A DNA stretch of 61,525 nt, counting the filler, from Trypethelium eluteriae (lineage: Eukaryota): assembly GCA_051942245.1 (NCBI GenBank). It is 3 parts of 3 records of this genome, joined end to end, with 100 filler letters (N's around TTAATTAATTAA, not from the genome) between each part and the next. Parts side by side here need not be neighbours in the genome. Positions count along the whole stretch, not along the records: positions 1 to 20,514 come from JAVECL010000496.1; 2 more parts are not named here. The stretch is one strand, 5' to 3'. The stretch's first letter is position 1. The number at the start of each line of letters is the position of its first letter. The notes under the pieces were generated by a model, which was given only the letters and a program-made list of their open reading frames with translations, was not told the origin of the DNA and did no database searches. Shown here piece after piece: positions 1 through 12,948 of the stretch. A program made the position numbers and the translations under genes.

Positions 1-43
1 ACAACTTTTACCCGAGCCGTGCTTACCTATCCGTGATACCCAG

Positions 44-1519
44 GCGGCCCAAGTCATCGCAACCTTTACAAAAAGCTCCTTCCCAGATATCGTCAATTTT
101 GTGACCCGTCCGGATAGCGACAAGGGCCAAGCGTATGCTACTCTGAAAGCGCTCTTCGAGAACACCAAAAGAATATACAGTCGAGACCATGGCTTTCTCA
201 ATCACACTCTTCTCGGCCTGCAGGACCTTCAACAGCAAGAAACAATACGGAAAGCAAACTTGGCGACGTTCATGTCGAGTATATTTGGAAACAGTACTGA
301 CGTGAATGTATACTATCTACACAATCATTTCTTGGATACCTTTGTCCCATATGGCACCCGGATGCTCAAATGGCACGCCGCTCTCTTTCTGGAGCTCAAG
401 ACACAGGCTTACATCTCGACCGTGGTCAACGGCGGCATGTCGCGAGACGAGATGATTCAAGATCTATTTCCTTCCAATATGGAAGCTCACTTGCTGACTC
501 GTCGACCTGATGCGAAGCAACTGATACCGAGCGAGCAAGATTTTATCACGCGTATGAACACCCGCCGGTACTATCTTGTGTCTGAAGGCTCGCTCGCTCT
601 TCTAGCCAGGAAATACGATTGGACTGAATTCTTGAAAGAGCTGAGTCACAATGTCAACAAAACTTCAGATGGCTCCAATTCCTACGCACCACGTGCAAGC
701 CATCCCGACTACTCCGACGCGACGTCTTACAGAGATTCTCAAGTACCTTCCAGTTCTACACGACGACCGCTGCAAACAGAAATGCTGCCGCCTATGCATA
801 CGCCATCTCGTAATGCGTCGATTGACAGTCACGACTCGACTCGCAACGCTGCTCTCGCCTCTCAACCTGCTCTTATCAGTTCTTCCAGCGCACCAATCAA
901 CCCTGGCTTTGGAACCACGCCCTCGCCCGTGTCCTCAGACACCCGCCCCCAACAGTCCCTTATGCAATCCAGCAGCAATCTTTCTCCCGCCACTGAGACG
1001 CCCTCTCCCATCCTCTCCGAGCCCGTACAGTCCCTCTACAACCGTGCGCACCAGTCCTCTGCTTCTACACCCAACATCAAAAATCCGACCAGCAACCCCT
1101 CAGCCACCAAGACGACCGCAGCATCACACCCCTCACCGCGCCGTCCTTGGACTCCAGATGAAGAGTCCGCTCTCCTAGCCGGTCTCGAGCGCGTCGGCGG
1201 GCCGCACTGGTCTGCAATCCTTGCCCTTTATGGTGCCGGAGGCAACATCTCTGAAGTCCTCAAAGACCGCAATCAGGTGCAGCTCAAAGACAAGGCACGC
1301 AATCTGAAACTGTGGTTTCTGAAGAGCGGGCAAGAGGTGCCTCCCAGTCTGAGAGGCGTGACTGGGGAGCTGAAGACGAAGGACAGCGGGAAGAGTGGAG
1401 AGAGCAGCACGGGACAGGAGAGGAAACAGAGTACGGGGAGCAGTGTGAGCGAGGGGAGTTCCTCGGGGAAGCGGCCATCGAGTACGCCGAGCTTGCAACA
1501 GGCGAAGCGGGCGAGATGA
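44..1519 (+). CDS. TBF1: Telomere repeat-binding factor TBF1-like (TRF domain + C-terminal Myb/telobox), last exon; 5' exon(s) lie upstream of the window
   Basis: Branch/acceptor GCTTAC...CAG at 21-43, then open frame AAQVIATFTKSSFPDIVNFVTRPDSDKGQAYATLKALFENTKRIY...IRKANLATF...FLELKTQAYI. C-terminal Myb RRPWTPDEESALLAGLERVGGPHWSAIL...LKDRNQVQLKDKARNLKL is typical of fungal Tbf1. Confidence 0.88.
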   Translation, partial: AAQVIATFTKSSFPDIVNFVTRPDSDKGQAYATLKALFENTKRIYSRDHGFLNHTLLGLQDLQQQETIRKANLATFMSSIFGNSTDVNVYYLHNHFLDTFVPYGTRMLKWHAALFLELKTQAYISTVVNGGMSRDEMIQDLFPSNMEAHLLTRRPDAKQLIPSEQDFITRMNTRRYYLVSEGSLALLARKYDWTEFLKELSHNVNKTSDGSNSYAPRASHPDYSDATSYRDSQVPSSSTRRPLQTEMLPPMHTPSRNASIDSHDSTRNAALASQPALISSSSAPINPGFGTTPSPVSSDTRPQQSLMQSSSNLSPATETPSPILSEPVQSLYNRAHQSSASTPNIKNPTSNPSATKTTAASHPSPRRPWTPDEESALLAGLERVGGPHWSAILALYGAGGNISEVLKDRNQVQLKDKARNLKLWFLKSGQEVPPSLRGVTGELKTKDSGKSGESSTGQERKQSTGSSVSEGSSSGKRPSSTPSLQQAKRAR

Positions 1520-2952
1520 GGAGGGGATGGAAACCGCACTCATCAACTGCAGTCCCTTCTCTATGGCAGAGGTTGTTCTTGCACGTGGATTTATAACCAC
1601 GATTTCTTGGAGGGTATTTTGATTGCACTAGATTCTTGGGGTGGTCTCTCCTTCGCCACTAATTCAGAGTCGGATCTTTCCGTTGCCTCTTTATTCGAAC
1701 TCCCCGGCATGCTTTCTTTGGACCTGATCTTCCCTCCATCCAGCATTCCCTCCAATTTCGAACATTGGTGCACCTGCGTCGTCCTAAAACCGTTCAGCCA
1801 CCGCATACTCAGGCTCAAAGCGTCATTACGTGCACTTTAATGATCAAAAATCATAGCCTTCGCTCGATTCTCTGGCGGCGTTCTTTGTCTTTTACAGCAA
1901 TATTTCGTGTATACCCAAAGTCATTGCACGTTTACGAGCGAGGGAGGCTCCATTGGTTTTGCTTCTACATAAGCTATCTTTACTTGGGTTTAAAAGTTGT
2001 CGAGTTCTTCTCTCGATGACGCTATCTTGAGCGGGTAGCCATGTTTCTATCGCAAGCTCTCTTAGCTTCTGCTCTCCGAAGCAAAACGGCGGCCTAAGAT
2101 TCTTTACAGAACGACTCCAACTGGCGAGGCGTAGAGGCTATAGTGTTGCTCACACTGGTTATATAGGATGGATAGGAAGACAATCCCTTCTCTTCGAAGA
2201 CATGAAACGACAAATATTTCATTCTATATATGAGACCTAGAAGAACAGAGTCAGCGCGAACATTGCTCCTTGTAATCAATCGAAACATGATGAACAAAGA
2301 TGGACTTCGGTTACTTCTTATGACCACCGGCATGGATCTTGTTTTGGCGATCTCGGTGGAACATTTCTCCGTGCAACGAGCTCTGATTAAAGGTACCGCA
2401 ACCACACCACCACTTCATCCCTGCCAACTCAACCCCCTCTCTCTTACTTTTAGGATTTAGATTTTTCGCCGAGAAGATGCTTAGAACTTCCTCCTGGTCT
2501 ATGTGAATCAGGCCACATGGACTTCCGACTTTCCATATTGATGTCTCTATGGAGTAGCACAGGAACCACTTGCCTGCATGATAACAAGCGAGGATCATCA
2601 ACCGGGGTCTGCAGACCATTGATATGTATGACCCCGCAAATGCTAAGATACGGTGATACGTTTCCAGGAGGGCAACAATATCATTTTGCCAATTATCTTC
2701 TGCGATATGGGTCTTGCCCGTGATCACGGGGTGCTGTGAGTAGTCGTACTTCGTGCGCCATTTCCATCGCATCTCGTATCTCTCGGTGCGTCCGCAGGCA
2801 TATATGAATGAAGAAGCTGGCTGCCATTGTTCTCTTTCTAACTCACCAGTGATTGCAAGAAGCTAGGCTATTCTCGTTGTTTCAGTCCTCGAAAGGCTGT
2901 CAATTCCTTGCGCTTGGCTTGCAATCAGTAGTCCCTCCGATTCTAACGCGAC

Positions 2953-4535
2953 ATGACTGGGAACGCAGAGTCTGGAACATGGATTCCCGTTTGGGTGCCA
3001 AAGTCATCAAGACTAATAGCTGTGCTGCTAGTGCTATGTTCGATCGTCACCTCCACGGTATTGTTCCAGTACGTACCAGGCCTGTCCAAATCTTTACTGA
3101 TCAAAATTAGACTTTTGGTTATGATGGCTCTATGGTCAATGGTCTCAATATCCTGCCTTCGTACCTGAATTACTTCCATCTCGACACGGCTACCATTGGC
3201 CTGCAGACATCTTCGGTCTTTATCGGCGGCTGCATCGCTGGCCTGACATGGGGCAAAGTGACAGATATCCTAGGTCGCAGACCAGCGCTCCTCTGGGCGG
3301 CGGTGATCACGCTAGTGGCAGTGATATTGCAAACAGCAGCACAGGACATTGCCATGTTCGTCGTCGCACGAATCCTAATCGGACTCGGAACCGGCGCCTC
3401 TGGACTCACTGGCCCAGCTTACCTTGCCGAGACACTCCCACTACATTGGAGAGGCTGGGGCCTTGGCATCTTCAACGACTGCTACTACGTTGGCGGCCTC
3501 ATCGCAGCCGGCGTCACATACGGCACCTTCACTCTCAACTCCACCTGGTCCTGGCGCACCCCTTCCCTCATCCAAGGCGTAACCTCCATCCTCTGCATCG
3601 CAATCATCCCCTTCATCCCGGAAAGCCCGCGCTGGCTCGCCTACCAAAACCGCGAGTCCGCCGCGCTGCACGTCGTCGCGCAGACGTACGCGTCGGGCGA
3701 CAGCAGCTCGCCCATCGTGCTCGCCGCCTACAAGGAGATCATCGACACCATCGCCTACGAGAAGAACGTCGGCGAGACCCTCTCTCTCGCCCAGCTCGTC
3801 CGCACCCGCGTCGCCCGGAAGCGCGTCCTCCTCGCCTGCTCCGCCGCCGTCTTCAGCACCATCGCGGGCAACGTCATCGCCAGCTACTACCTCGGCACCA
3901 TGCTCGACAACGCCGGCATCACGGATACCACCACCCAGCTGCAGATCAATGTCATCCTCAATGCCTGGTGTCTCGTGTGTTCCGTTGCAGGCACGTGGTC
4001 GACGGACCGCTGGGGCCGCAAGCCGACGGCTGTCGTCTGCACGGCTGCTCTGACTGTCTTTCTCTTTACTGTTGGTGCCTTGACGAAGGTTTACGGGACG
4101 TCGGCGTCGCGGTCGGGCGTGTACGGTACGGTGGCGGCGATCTTCTTGTTTCAGGGCGCGTATAGTTTCGGCTGGACGCCGTTGCTGTATATGTATCCGC
4201 CGGAGGTGTTGAACTACCCCGTGCGCGCGAATGGGATGGGAGTGTTCCAATTTGTGGAGAATGGGGTGGCGCTGCTGATTGTGTGGACGATGCCGATTGC
4301 GCTGGCGAATATTGGGTGGAAGACGTATATGATCAATGGCGCGTGGGATGTGGTTATGGTAGGGCTGGTGGCGTATTATTGGGTCGAGACGAAGGGAAAG
4401 ACGCTGGAGGAGATTGATCAGGTGTTGGAGGGAGCGAAGCATACCGATTTGCCGGATTTGGAGATGATTTATCGGGGGAAGGAGGAAATTAATGTGGTGG
4501 AAATTCAGGAGGAGGTGAAGAATATGTCTATCTAG
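2953..4535 (+). CDS. MFS sugar porter, lactose permease/cellodextrin transporter-like; exons 2953-3057 and 3111-4535
   Basis: GTATTG...ACTGA...TAG intron 3058-3110 restores TFGYDGSMVNGL. Sugar-porter motifs DILGRR, PAYLAETLP, PESPRWL, DRWGRK, YPPEVL..RA.G and VETKGKTLEEID; about 12 hydrophobic segments. Confidence 0.92.
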
Positions 4536-4635
4536 GAAACATGCTGCAAACTCTTTGAAGTGAATTTATGGATTGGTCCACGCTGAACAAAATATCCTAA
4601 CTAAAAGCTTATTGACCACCCGATCTATTCCGCAC

Positions 4636-7538
4636 CTAACTCTGGCCACGTCTTCCTTGATCTCCTGGAAATTTACCTGGTATCCTTTGCATGTCCGCAG
4701 CCGTTCCCTGAGCGTCGACATCAATACCTGACATATCGTGAGAAGTTCTCGAAGCATTTGGAATCCATTGCTCCCTTTGTGCAAGACATTTGAAGCACAA
4801 GATCTCTCCGGGCCGATATGAGTTGCGCCAGACTCCTCCTTGTTCCCAATACCGATTCAATAGCAGGTCGCGTATTGAGCTTTGCCGTGCTATTTCATCT
4901 GTCAAGACGTCTCCTGAGGTTTTCGAAAGAGTCGCGGAAGGCGCTTGGTTCAGGGAGTTTTCAAGATCATCCTCAATGTGGAGCAATTCTGTATGGGCGG
5001 AAGACTCCAAGCACCTGGCTTGACATGTCACTGTATGCTCCGAGGACGCTGTGCATTCTCCACGATGCGATATTGGCTCAAATTCTCTGAATCGATCCCT
5101 TACTAGGCACAGGCACTCAGTCGCCTTGATATCTTCTTTGATACTTTCCCACCAAGGTTCGATGAACGAGATGATATCGTAAAAATCAGGTTCGTACGAG
5201 AGGAGACCCCATCTGCAACAGCTTGACGAACAGTATCCAGGAGAGTGCTGATGATTTTGGTCGATCGTATTGAACTCTGGTAGCTCGAAAAGAAGGCGGA
5301 GGGAGTGTAGCTGCCATTTGTGGCGTGTAAGTAGTGACTGTGAGCAGTTAAGCCCCAATGCCAGAAACATGTCTAATTCCTCGCTCGACCATTTGCGCCA
5401 CATTTGGAACCAACGGGAGAACCAGAAACCGTGGCACATAGCAGTCTCTTCGCTTCGTGTCAGGTGGGAATCTTGTGCATATCGATGGATAAGCTGTAAG
5501 GCCTCCTTAAATTTTGGAGACGGTATCCTAATCCAGCTCATATGTCCAGTTTGTGTATGAGGGCCAATGAGCAATTGGCGAAAAAGAGTTTGATGATGTC
5601 TGAAAGAAAGCGTGACTCCTCGAGGTTGCATTGCCAACACAGTCTTCAATATTAAGACGTTACCCAGTAACAATGCCATGGAAACGAGTAAACCTATGAG
5701 TGGTTCATGGCAGGAATCAAGAATACTTTGGCGATGTCTTCTCAAGACCCACTGGACGAACTCATCCCTTAGCCTTGGATCACAACTCTTTTCACCGAGA
5801 TGGAGCAAGTAATGAAGAGTCCATTCTAACCCATCCGAAGGGTACTTTTGCACATTCTGGTCGCCGTACTCGATGTAATCTTCGAAAAGTCTCACAAGAT
5901 CTTGCCACGTGGATAGGCTGCCGTACATGCCATGGAAACCTAGGCAACCTACAGGTGTCTGCCTGTGATTAAGGAAGCTCTTGTCAATCTTTGAGCAAAA
6001 TCGTAATGGTCTAGAGTATTACCGTATAGAGTTCACGTACGAGTGCGCTGTAGGATCGGCACCAGCTGTGAGAAGATATTTTGCCATATCGTACTGACCT
6101 GCCATCATCGCATGCTGTTGGTATGCTATTAGTTTCTTTTTTTTTCTTTTTTTTTGGCATAAAGATGATGGTCCCTGTCGCGAGAAGACGGGTAGGAGAT
6201 AAGCGAAAAGGTACTAACATGCAAAGGTCTAAACCCCTGTAAATCGACATCCACAACTGAAGCTTCTCCACGCTGAAATAGGAGTCTAACAGCATTGACG
6301 TTTCCCTGCTTACAAAGGTCGAAGACTAGAGCATTGTTAGGTACAGGTCGGACGGGGCTGATGAAGTGGAGTGGTGCTTCAAAGCTGATATTGACTACGA
6401 ACCGAAATCCAAGGGATATAATCCAGATTGCTGGGTGGTAAGTGACAAAAGATGTGGCTTCAGTCCTTTTTACAATGGTGTCTCCAATACAGACTGAGAT
6501 CTTTCTAAAATGTGTCCCGAAATGGAAATCGCCGAACATGGTGTGTTGGACGGAGTGGTAGAACATCTTCGTATGGCTCTTGGTCCTCTGCTTGCGAGCA
6601 ATCTGACTATGCACCAAAGTTCTATAATGTTTTTGAACTGCCTGATCCGCCATGGAGTCTTGTGCTTCGAGAAAGTATGGTGGTATAAGAGGGTTCGATA
6701 TGGCTCTCACTTCTTCACGTAGACCGTTGATATGAGTGTTGACGGCTTGAGGGCCGTCAATGATTGAACTTGTTTCTGAGGATTGCCTCAACTGGCTGTT
6801 TGTGACACCGTTCACCAAGATGTCGAGCCCGTTGAGCTTTACTAGTTGTTTTTCATTCATAATGGCGAAAATAGACCCTATCTTCGCAGCATTAGCCTGT
6901 ACATGTTGACTGAGTTCCAGCAAATCTTCAGTGCGTCTTTGTATAATGTTGGGTCTTTGAGCTTTTGTAGAGGATGATGCCTTTTCCTGTGTGATAAATG
7001 CATGCCATGACTTCCTGTGGTACCAAGTCAGTCATCTTTCTTGTAAGCCACGCCGAATGCCCGCACATGCTGTGGTGGTGAAGAGCTAGTATCAGAGTTG
7101 ATTTGGTCTCTTCCAGCGACCTACGAAAGTCTCTCAGTTTTTCTTCCTTCTTTACCGTCTTGCACCTCGCCCATATCTGCTGGCTTTTGCCTTGTGAATC
7201 AAATCCATGTTTAAGCTTGTCGGCAATGCCAACAAGATTCCTGACCTTGATATTGCAAAGTGTCCGCACTTTATCGAGTGTAACGCTATCACTCCTCTCT
7301 GGAAATCTCCCTAAGGAGCTAAAGTCTTGCAAAACGTCACTAAGCAACTCGAGATCAGCTAGAATGGCTGTCACGGTTTGTGGCGCGTTTTTGATGGATT
7401 TGTAGAAAGCATGGATCTCAGCGACCGTACGAATTAGGACATCTGCGAACGACGCAACACCGAGAGCTGGAGGATGGATACTGTCAACTTTACCCCACAT
7501 TTATTGCTGTCAGACTTACCAGCAGATACCCCGTCCAT
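4636..7538 (-). CDS. Fungal HeLo-like (STAND N-terminal type) domain + ankyrin-repeat protein, 5 exons
   Basis: Exon 1 ATGGACGGGGTATCTGCTG|GTAAGT (7538-7520) spliced to 7466 gives MDGVSAALGVASFADVLIRTVAEIHAFYKSIKNAPQTVTAILADLELLSDVL, a typical HeLo-like N-terminus. GT-AG introns join ORFs 6928-7500, 6129-6923, a short exon near 6114-6041 and 4636-5928. Spliced ankyrin: VFDLCKQGNVNAVRLLFQRGEASVVDVDLQGFRPLH|HAMMAGQYDMAKYLLTAGADPT. Confidence 0.75.
6133..6156. repeat. Interrupted poly(T)/poly(A) tract in an intron
   Basis: tttctttttttttcttttttttt inside intron 3 of the HeLo-like gene. Confidence 0.7.
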
Positions 7539-8845
7539 GGGCGTGAATAGTATTCATCTGCAGGATGCCACCACTCCCAGCATTGACTTTTGGTGACCTT
7601 TGCTGAGCTAGTGCGAAGTTTGAAGCTTTAAGTCTACTGGAATGATATCTTCGAGTAAGGATAGCTGTTCGATTGCAAGGCTGAATGCGACGGTAAACGC
7701 CCCAAGCTAGCCACGTCGTCCATGCAAGGCTGCATTTCGGAACTCTCAAGCTCTGCCAAAGATAGAGATTCCCATAGTCATTGCTGTCAAGGTCGTCAGA
7801 TCTGGAGCTGACAACATGGTAGATGGACTCGGATTTGGGGGGCAGCAAAGCTGTGGATGAAAGGCTGAAAGAAGCGCAGAACCATCCCGTACAATGTGAT
7901 AGACCAGCAACTGCTTTTGGTGAAGCACAAGGTGGTAGAAGTGAAACCATGCCAAACACACTTCTGGGTCGAGTTTGGACTTCAAAGCGGAGAGCTTAGC
8001 ATCGATAGCACGCTGGCATCAGTTCGAGGGAGAAGAATTCTGAATATTTAGATCAAACCATACCCTTTCCGCCTGTTGCATGTTTCAATACCACTACTGG
8101 GTCCCACCCGCTTATTCGTGCGAAGTAGGCGTTAGACGATCGGCTGGACGGACGATTGTGACTGACTTGAAGAAGCGAATCTCTTGATTCTCTACGTTCT
8201 CATATATAAAGACGTCACATAAGAAGCACCCGTCTCGACGCGCCCTAGTGCCCACAACCAACCGAACACCGTATGTGCAGCTCAATCCTGTGAGCCAGGG
8301 ACATTGGGAAACTATGGACCAAGTCCAAGTCTTGAGAAACCACTGAGCGAGGAAGACACTGCCTCTGAGTCGACCGATGCAACATAAAACACGCCCGCCA
8401 CATCAGCAAGCAAATAGAGCGAAAAGTGAGAACATGAACCGGGCATAAGAGATAGATGAGAAGGATATTGAACGGGACAGAGATGCGCCACGTGCTTGAA
8501 AGACAATTTTGCAGCCACAGAATAGGCTTAGGACTCGGACAGACGCCATACGATCTACCTCGTCCCAGACGCGCCGAGTCAGAAGGAAAAAGATGGGTGA
8601 GACATATCAAATTGTGAAAGACACAGGAGGCATGGGACGTCCCGTGTGCGTTAAATGACAGTGATATGCTCTGCTCCAAAAAGAAAAATGGAGAAAAGAT
8701 AAAAGGGAATAGCAAACCCTCGTACCCGTACATATATCCACAAGACTCCCACGGTCTGTGCACGTCTTGCAAATCCTCAGTTTCTCCCATTGCTTTTGTT
8801 TCCGCTCTTTGCAATTCTCCGTCAAACGATGTATCCATCGATACA

Positions 8846-11044
8846 TCAATGCCCTCCACTCGCCGGCTGCCCCACCGAATGCCGGCCATCGCTGTGCACC
8901 CCGCTTCCGCGTCCATCCTCGCCATCCCCCTCATGATGCAACGTCACACTATTGAATTCCTCAAACGGATCCACCTCGACTGCACTCCCCTCTCCCATCG
9001 GCGTCGCGAGCCCACTATCCAGCGGCACGCCCTTGATTCCCTTCAACCCCAAGCCTCCACCAAGACCACCAACCCCATCCTTCATCTTGGGTGGCACGCC
9101 CAGGTCCATTGACTGCGACTCCTTGACATTGCGGAAGTTGACGGTATCGAGGCCTGTACGCCCCTGGTGGGGGATCATGGGGGGTTTAGAGTGTCGGAGG
9201 AGGGCCCAGGAGGTGGTGCGGAAGAAGGGGTGGGCTTTGACGTCGGCGGCGCCAGCGCGGGAACCGAGGCGGCGGAGTTCGTCTTTGATGAGGAGTTTCC
9301 GGATGAGGGATTTGCAGAGACTGTGGGTGAGAGGTATCAAGTCAGCCAAAGTGATCAGTAAACCTAAGACGGTGGAGGATCGGTAGGCTACATGAGGAGG
9401 GCGAGAGCTTACTTAGAGACTTGAGGCGCGCCACCACCTTCGGGAAAGGGTACTTCGTCCCGTAATATATTCGCGAAGGTGGCGTTGCGGTTCTTGCCTT
9501 TGAACGGCGTGGTGCCAAAGAGCATTTCATAGATCAAAATGCCAAGCGTCCACCAATCCACTGCGCTGGTGTGTCCACACCCTTTTATGACCTCTGGGGC
9601 GATATACTCCTCTGTACCGACAAAGGAATTTGTGCGGAAATCGGCAATGCAGGATTTAGTATCGATTGTAGGAAGGGAGGTGGGTGTAGCGCCGCGGGAG
9701 GAAAGAATCATGGTAGGAACACCGCCAGGTTCGGATTGTTTAGAGAGGTCGAAGTCTGAAAGCATGATGTGGCCTGATTGATGGAGCAGGATGTCTGAAA
9801 ATAACCTAGTTAGCGAAGGACCTTTCAGAACGCGTGCAGATATCTAGGGGCATCTTACTCTCTGGCTTGAGATCGCGGTATATGAAGCCCATCAAATGTA
9901 GATATTCGAGAGCTGCAGTGACTTCCGCAGCATAGAAGCGAGCAGCGTCCTCATCGACGCATTTATTTGGCCGTGTTTGTAGTGCTCGGAAGAATTCGCC
10001 GCCACTACAATACTCCATACATAGGTAGAGATGGTCCTCTGACTGGAAAGAGTGGTATAATGTGACGATGAATGGATGGTTGCTGGTGGCAAGAATTTCT
10101 TGTTCGGCGAGGGCACGCTTGATTTTATTTCTCTTGATCATTTCCTTTTTGCTTAGGACTGCGAGATATTAGCATGACTTCCTTCCATATCATCCATCGG
10201 AACGCAACTCACCCTTCATTGCATATAGCCTGCTAGATTTCTTCTCCCGCACCAGATAGACCTTACCCACGTCTCCCTTTCCGATCAATTTGATCTTATC
10301 AAAGCTACCCGGTCCAACTTCCACGTTGCGAACTTTTATCGAGTTTGAACTGTATGTTCTCCGGAAAGCGAGCGAATCTCGAGGTGCAGGTACTGTGAGA
10401 CCGTTGACAGGGGGAATGACCAAAGTCTCGGAAGGTGCGGTTTCCACCATGCTGAGCGTGGATGTATTTGCATGCTGAACCAAAGGTTCCTTGCCCAATT
10501 CTGCCGTTGATGGTCTCTCTGGATCTTTCCCGCCCGTAAACAACCCCTGAGCATTGGGTGCGGAGGCGACTCGCCGGAGTTTTCTCGCTAATTCTTCTTT
10601 TGGTGCAGTTGTGGCCTTCTCATTCGGAGATCCATTGAGGGCGTCTGCTTTGGCAGCTAGAGCGGTTGGTGTCTTTGGTGTGTCAGGTGGAGAAGGAGGT
10701 ACGCTGCCGTCATTGTGATGTCTTATTGCGGGAGGGCCCTGATGTATGAAATATGGGTTTGCGTGAGCAGTAGGAGACATGCCTTCGTCGAGAGGATTGC
10801 CCTCGCTGGCGGTTGTATTTGTGCGATTCCTGGTGATATGAGGCAGAAATCTTGATTGACGAAAGGTTGATTGCTTCTCAGGTCTTGGACTCTGCGTGCC
10901 ATCACTCTGTCTGCCGTCTTTGGTATCATTGCTGGAATTGATGCGGAAGAAGTTTTTGATCTTTTGAGAGACCTGGGTGTTGGAGCTGTTCACCTGCTTG
11001 TTTGTGAGCGGTATGCCCGTAAAATGTCTCTTCTCGGAAGGCAT
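8846..11044 (-). CDS. nrc-2: AGC-family Ser/Thr kinase, NRC-2/Fpk1/Kin82 (flippase kinase) type; 4 exons
   Basis: N-terminal [35 protein letters not shown] and [15 protein letters not shown]. Kinase motifs [28 protein letters not shown] (DFD in place of DFG) and [16 protein letters not shown]-terminal [13 protein letters not shown]. Introns near 10210-10160, 9858-9795 and 9414-9322. Start MPSEKRHF is inferred. Confidence 0.93.
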
Positions 11045-12948
11045 GCCCGAGTGGTTTGGGGTCGAGTGGAAAAGCTGCGTCATTGGAAGGTTCAGGGGTC
11101 GCGGGGTGGTGAGAGTTGGATTTGTAATGTGGGTATGAGGTCGAAATTCGGCGGGGATGAAAGAGGAAGCTGGAGGGAAGCTGGTGGAGCAGGTCTACGA
11201 GACGACGGCCAGCCAATTGTTCTGTTGTGTAGATTGGGTCGGAAAATGCCTGGATACTTTTGTGCACAGCAGAGATGCGAGAGTGGAGTTAATCCCTTCC
11301 GGCCGGATGATTGCAGGCTGCGGAGGTGGAGTACAGCAGTAGTACACCAGAACGAGGGACAAAGGCAACGTGCAAAATTGGACTTGACCGGATGCCAGAT
11401 CACAGGGCCATGTCCTACTGTGCAGTTCAGGGTTTGGTGGAGTGATTGGAAGGTGTTCGAAAAGTCCGGTACCTCGGGTTGGCGCTATGACGAACGGGCT
11501 TTGGTACGGAAAGAATGCGGTGGGATGAGATGGGGGTGTCGAGGCGTCGCAGATGGATGACAGTGAGGAGGCAGCAAGTTACCAGGTGGTGGAGAGACTT
11601 GGAGGCTCTGTGAGGAAAAATGATCAGGAAGGCGCAGAGTGTGAAGGACGTGTGGATGTATAAGGTAGCTCTCAATCCTTCCTTCCTCGTCCTCGTCTTT
11701 CGCAGGGAAACTCACGACCGGCCAGACGCAGCCACGGGTTGCCTCCGGGCCTGGCAGATCTCACCCAATCGGGCAGTCGGCACTGATGGCGATAGTGGGG
11801 AACGCCCACGCCGAGGGCCAGACGGGCCAAAATGCTTGGCACTGCAATCGTCCACTTAGCCACGCTAGCCACCTAGCTGTCACAGCAGCCATCCGGTGCA
11901 TCTTCATTCAATTTGCTACTAATACGGAGTACATCGTTGTAAAGATCTAATGTCATCAGGTGGACTACGAAACGGGTGATTCTCCTGCCGAGAATACTAC
12001 AAAACGGCTGCCAATAGCTCAAATTACCTAGATGCGGGAGACCTCTGCCTCCTTTCTTCCCTTGCCTATTCCATCGTCAAAATCGCACTTCGTGATTCAG
12101 AAACGACGGGGGCTGCATCCAGCCATGCATGGTAGGCAGGTGCAGGTCTCAAGGTTTTTTCGCCTTTGCTATATAATCCACATGTGGGTACGAGATGACG
12201 TGTGATGCTATCTAAGCTTTCGCGGATGAACCGGAGGTTCCCTCAAATACCCCTTAAACAACCTTAGAAATCCAACAATAGAGTGTGAGCAGGCCTTCCC
12301 TTGAACCTGACGTTCGGGCGGTTTCTCGGTGTGGTTTCATGATTTTGAGGCGGTGCAGCCGGGTAAGCAGTGGCGCGCCTCTAATCGCCGTTACCACCAT
12401 TACCTCCCACATCGTACCAAACCACTTAGGATTTCGACGTTGATCGGCTATCTCACGTCAGAGTCGCAATCATGCGATCAAGTCAGCGGAAGTAAAACCT
12501 TCGGAAATATATGTTGCATCATGCTGTAGCTACAAGACATAGATCTACCTCTCCTAACCATCATATTTTGTCAACAACCCTCTTGTCTGTGTCACCATCC
12601 TCCTACGACTGCTCCACTCGAATGAGATACTGTACACTGAATGACGACTCCTTGTTTCTTCTCCCGTAGTAGCCCAAGTCTTTCCCAAGAGCAAATGATT
12701 GCAAGCACATCATGGAAAACAAATGCCCTAATGAAGGCCAACCGATTCAAAAAGGTGAGATATTGACTGAAAGGCAAAATGAGCAGCAGAGGAGCTTCGA
12801 ATAGTCCCCAAAGAACTTTGCAGCTGGACTTAATGTATGCGAATTAATTCTCTTGCAGTATGCGGTCGTCATTGGGTATAGATGTATCGAGAAGAGCAGA
12901 ATCGTAACATTCGAGTTACTATCGGCGTATCAAGTCGAAGCGTGAGCT

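Noticed and set aside
2094..2772. 153-aa and 103-aa minus-strand ORFs upstream of the MFS gene
   Set aside because: No recognisable motif or convincing splice structure; probably promoter/intergenic.
3248..4442. Long alternative-frame and antisense ORFs (305 aa +, 333 aa -) inside the MFS gene
   Set aside because: Shadow ORFs from extreme third-position C/G bias; Arg/His/Gly-rich with no motifs.
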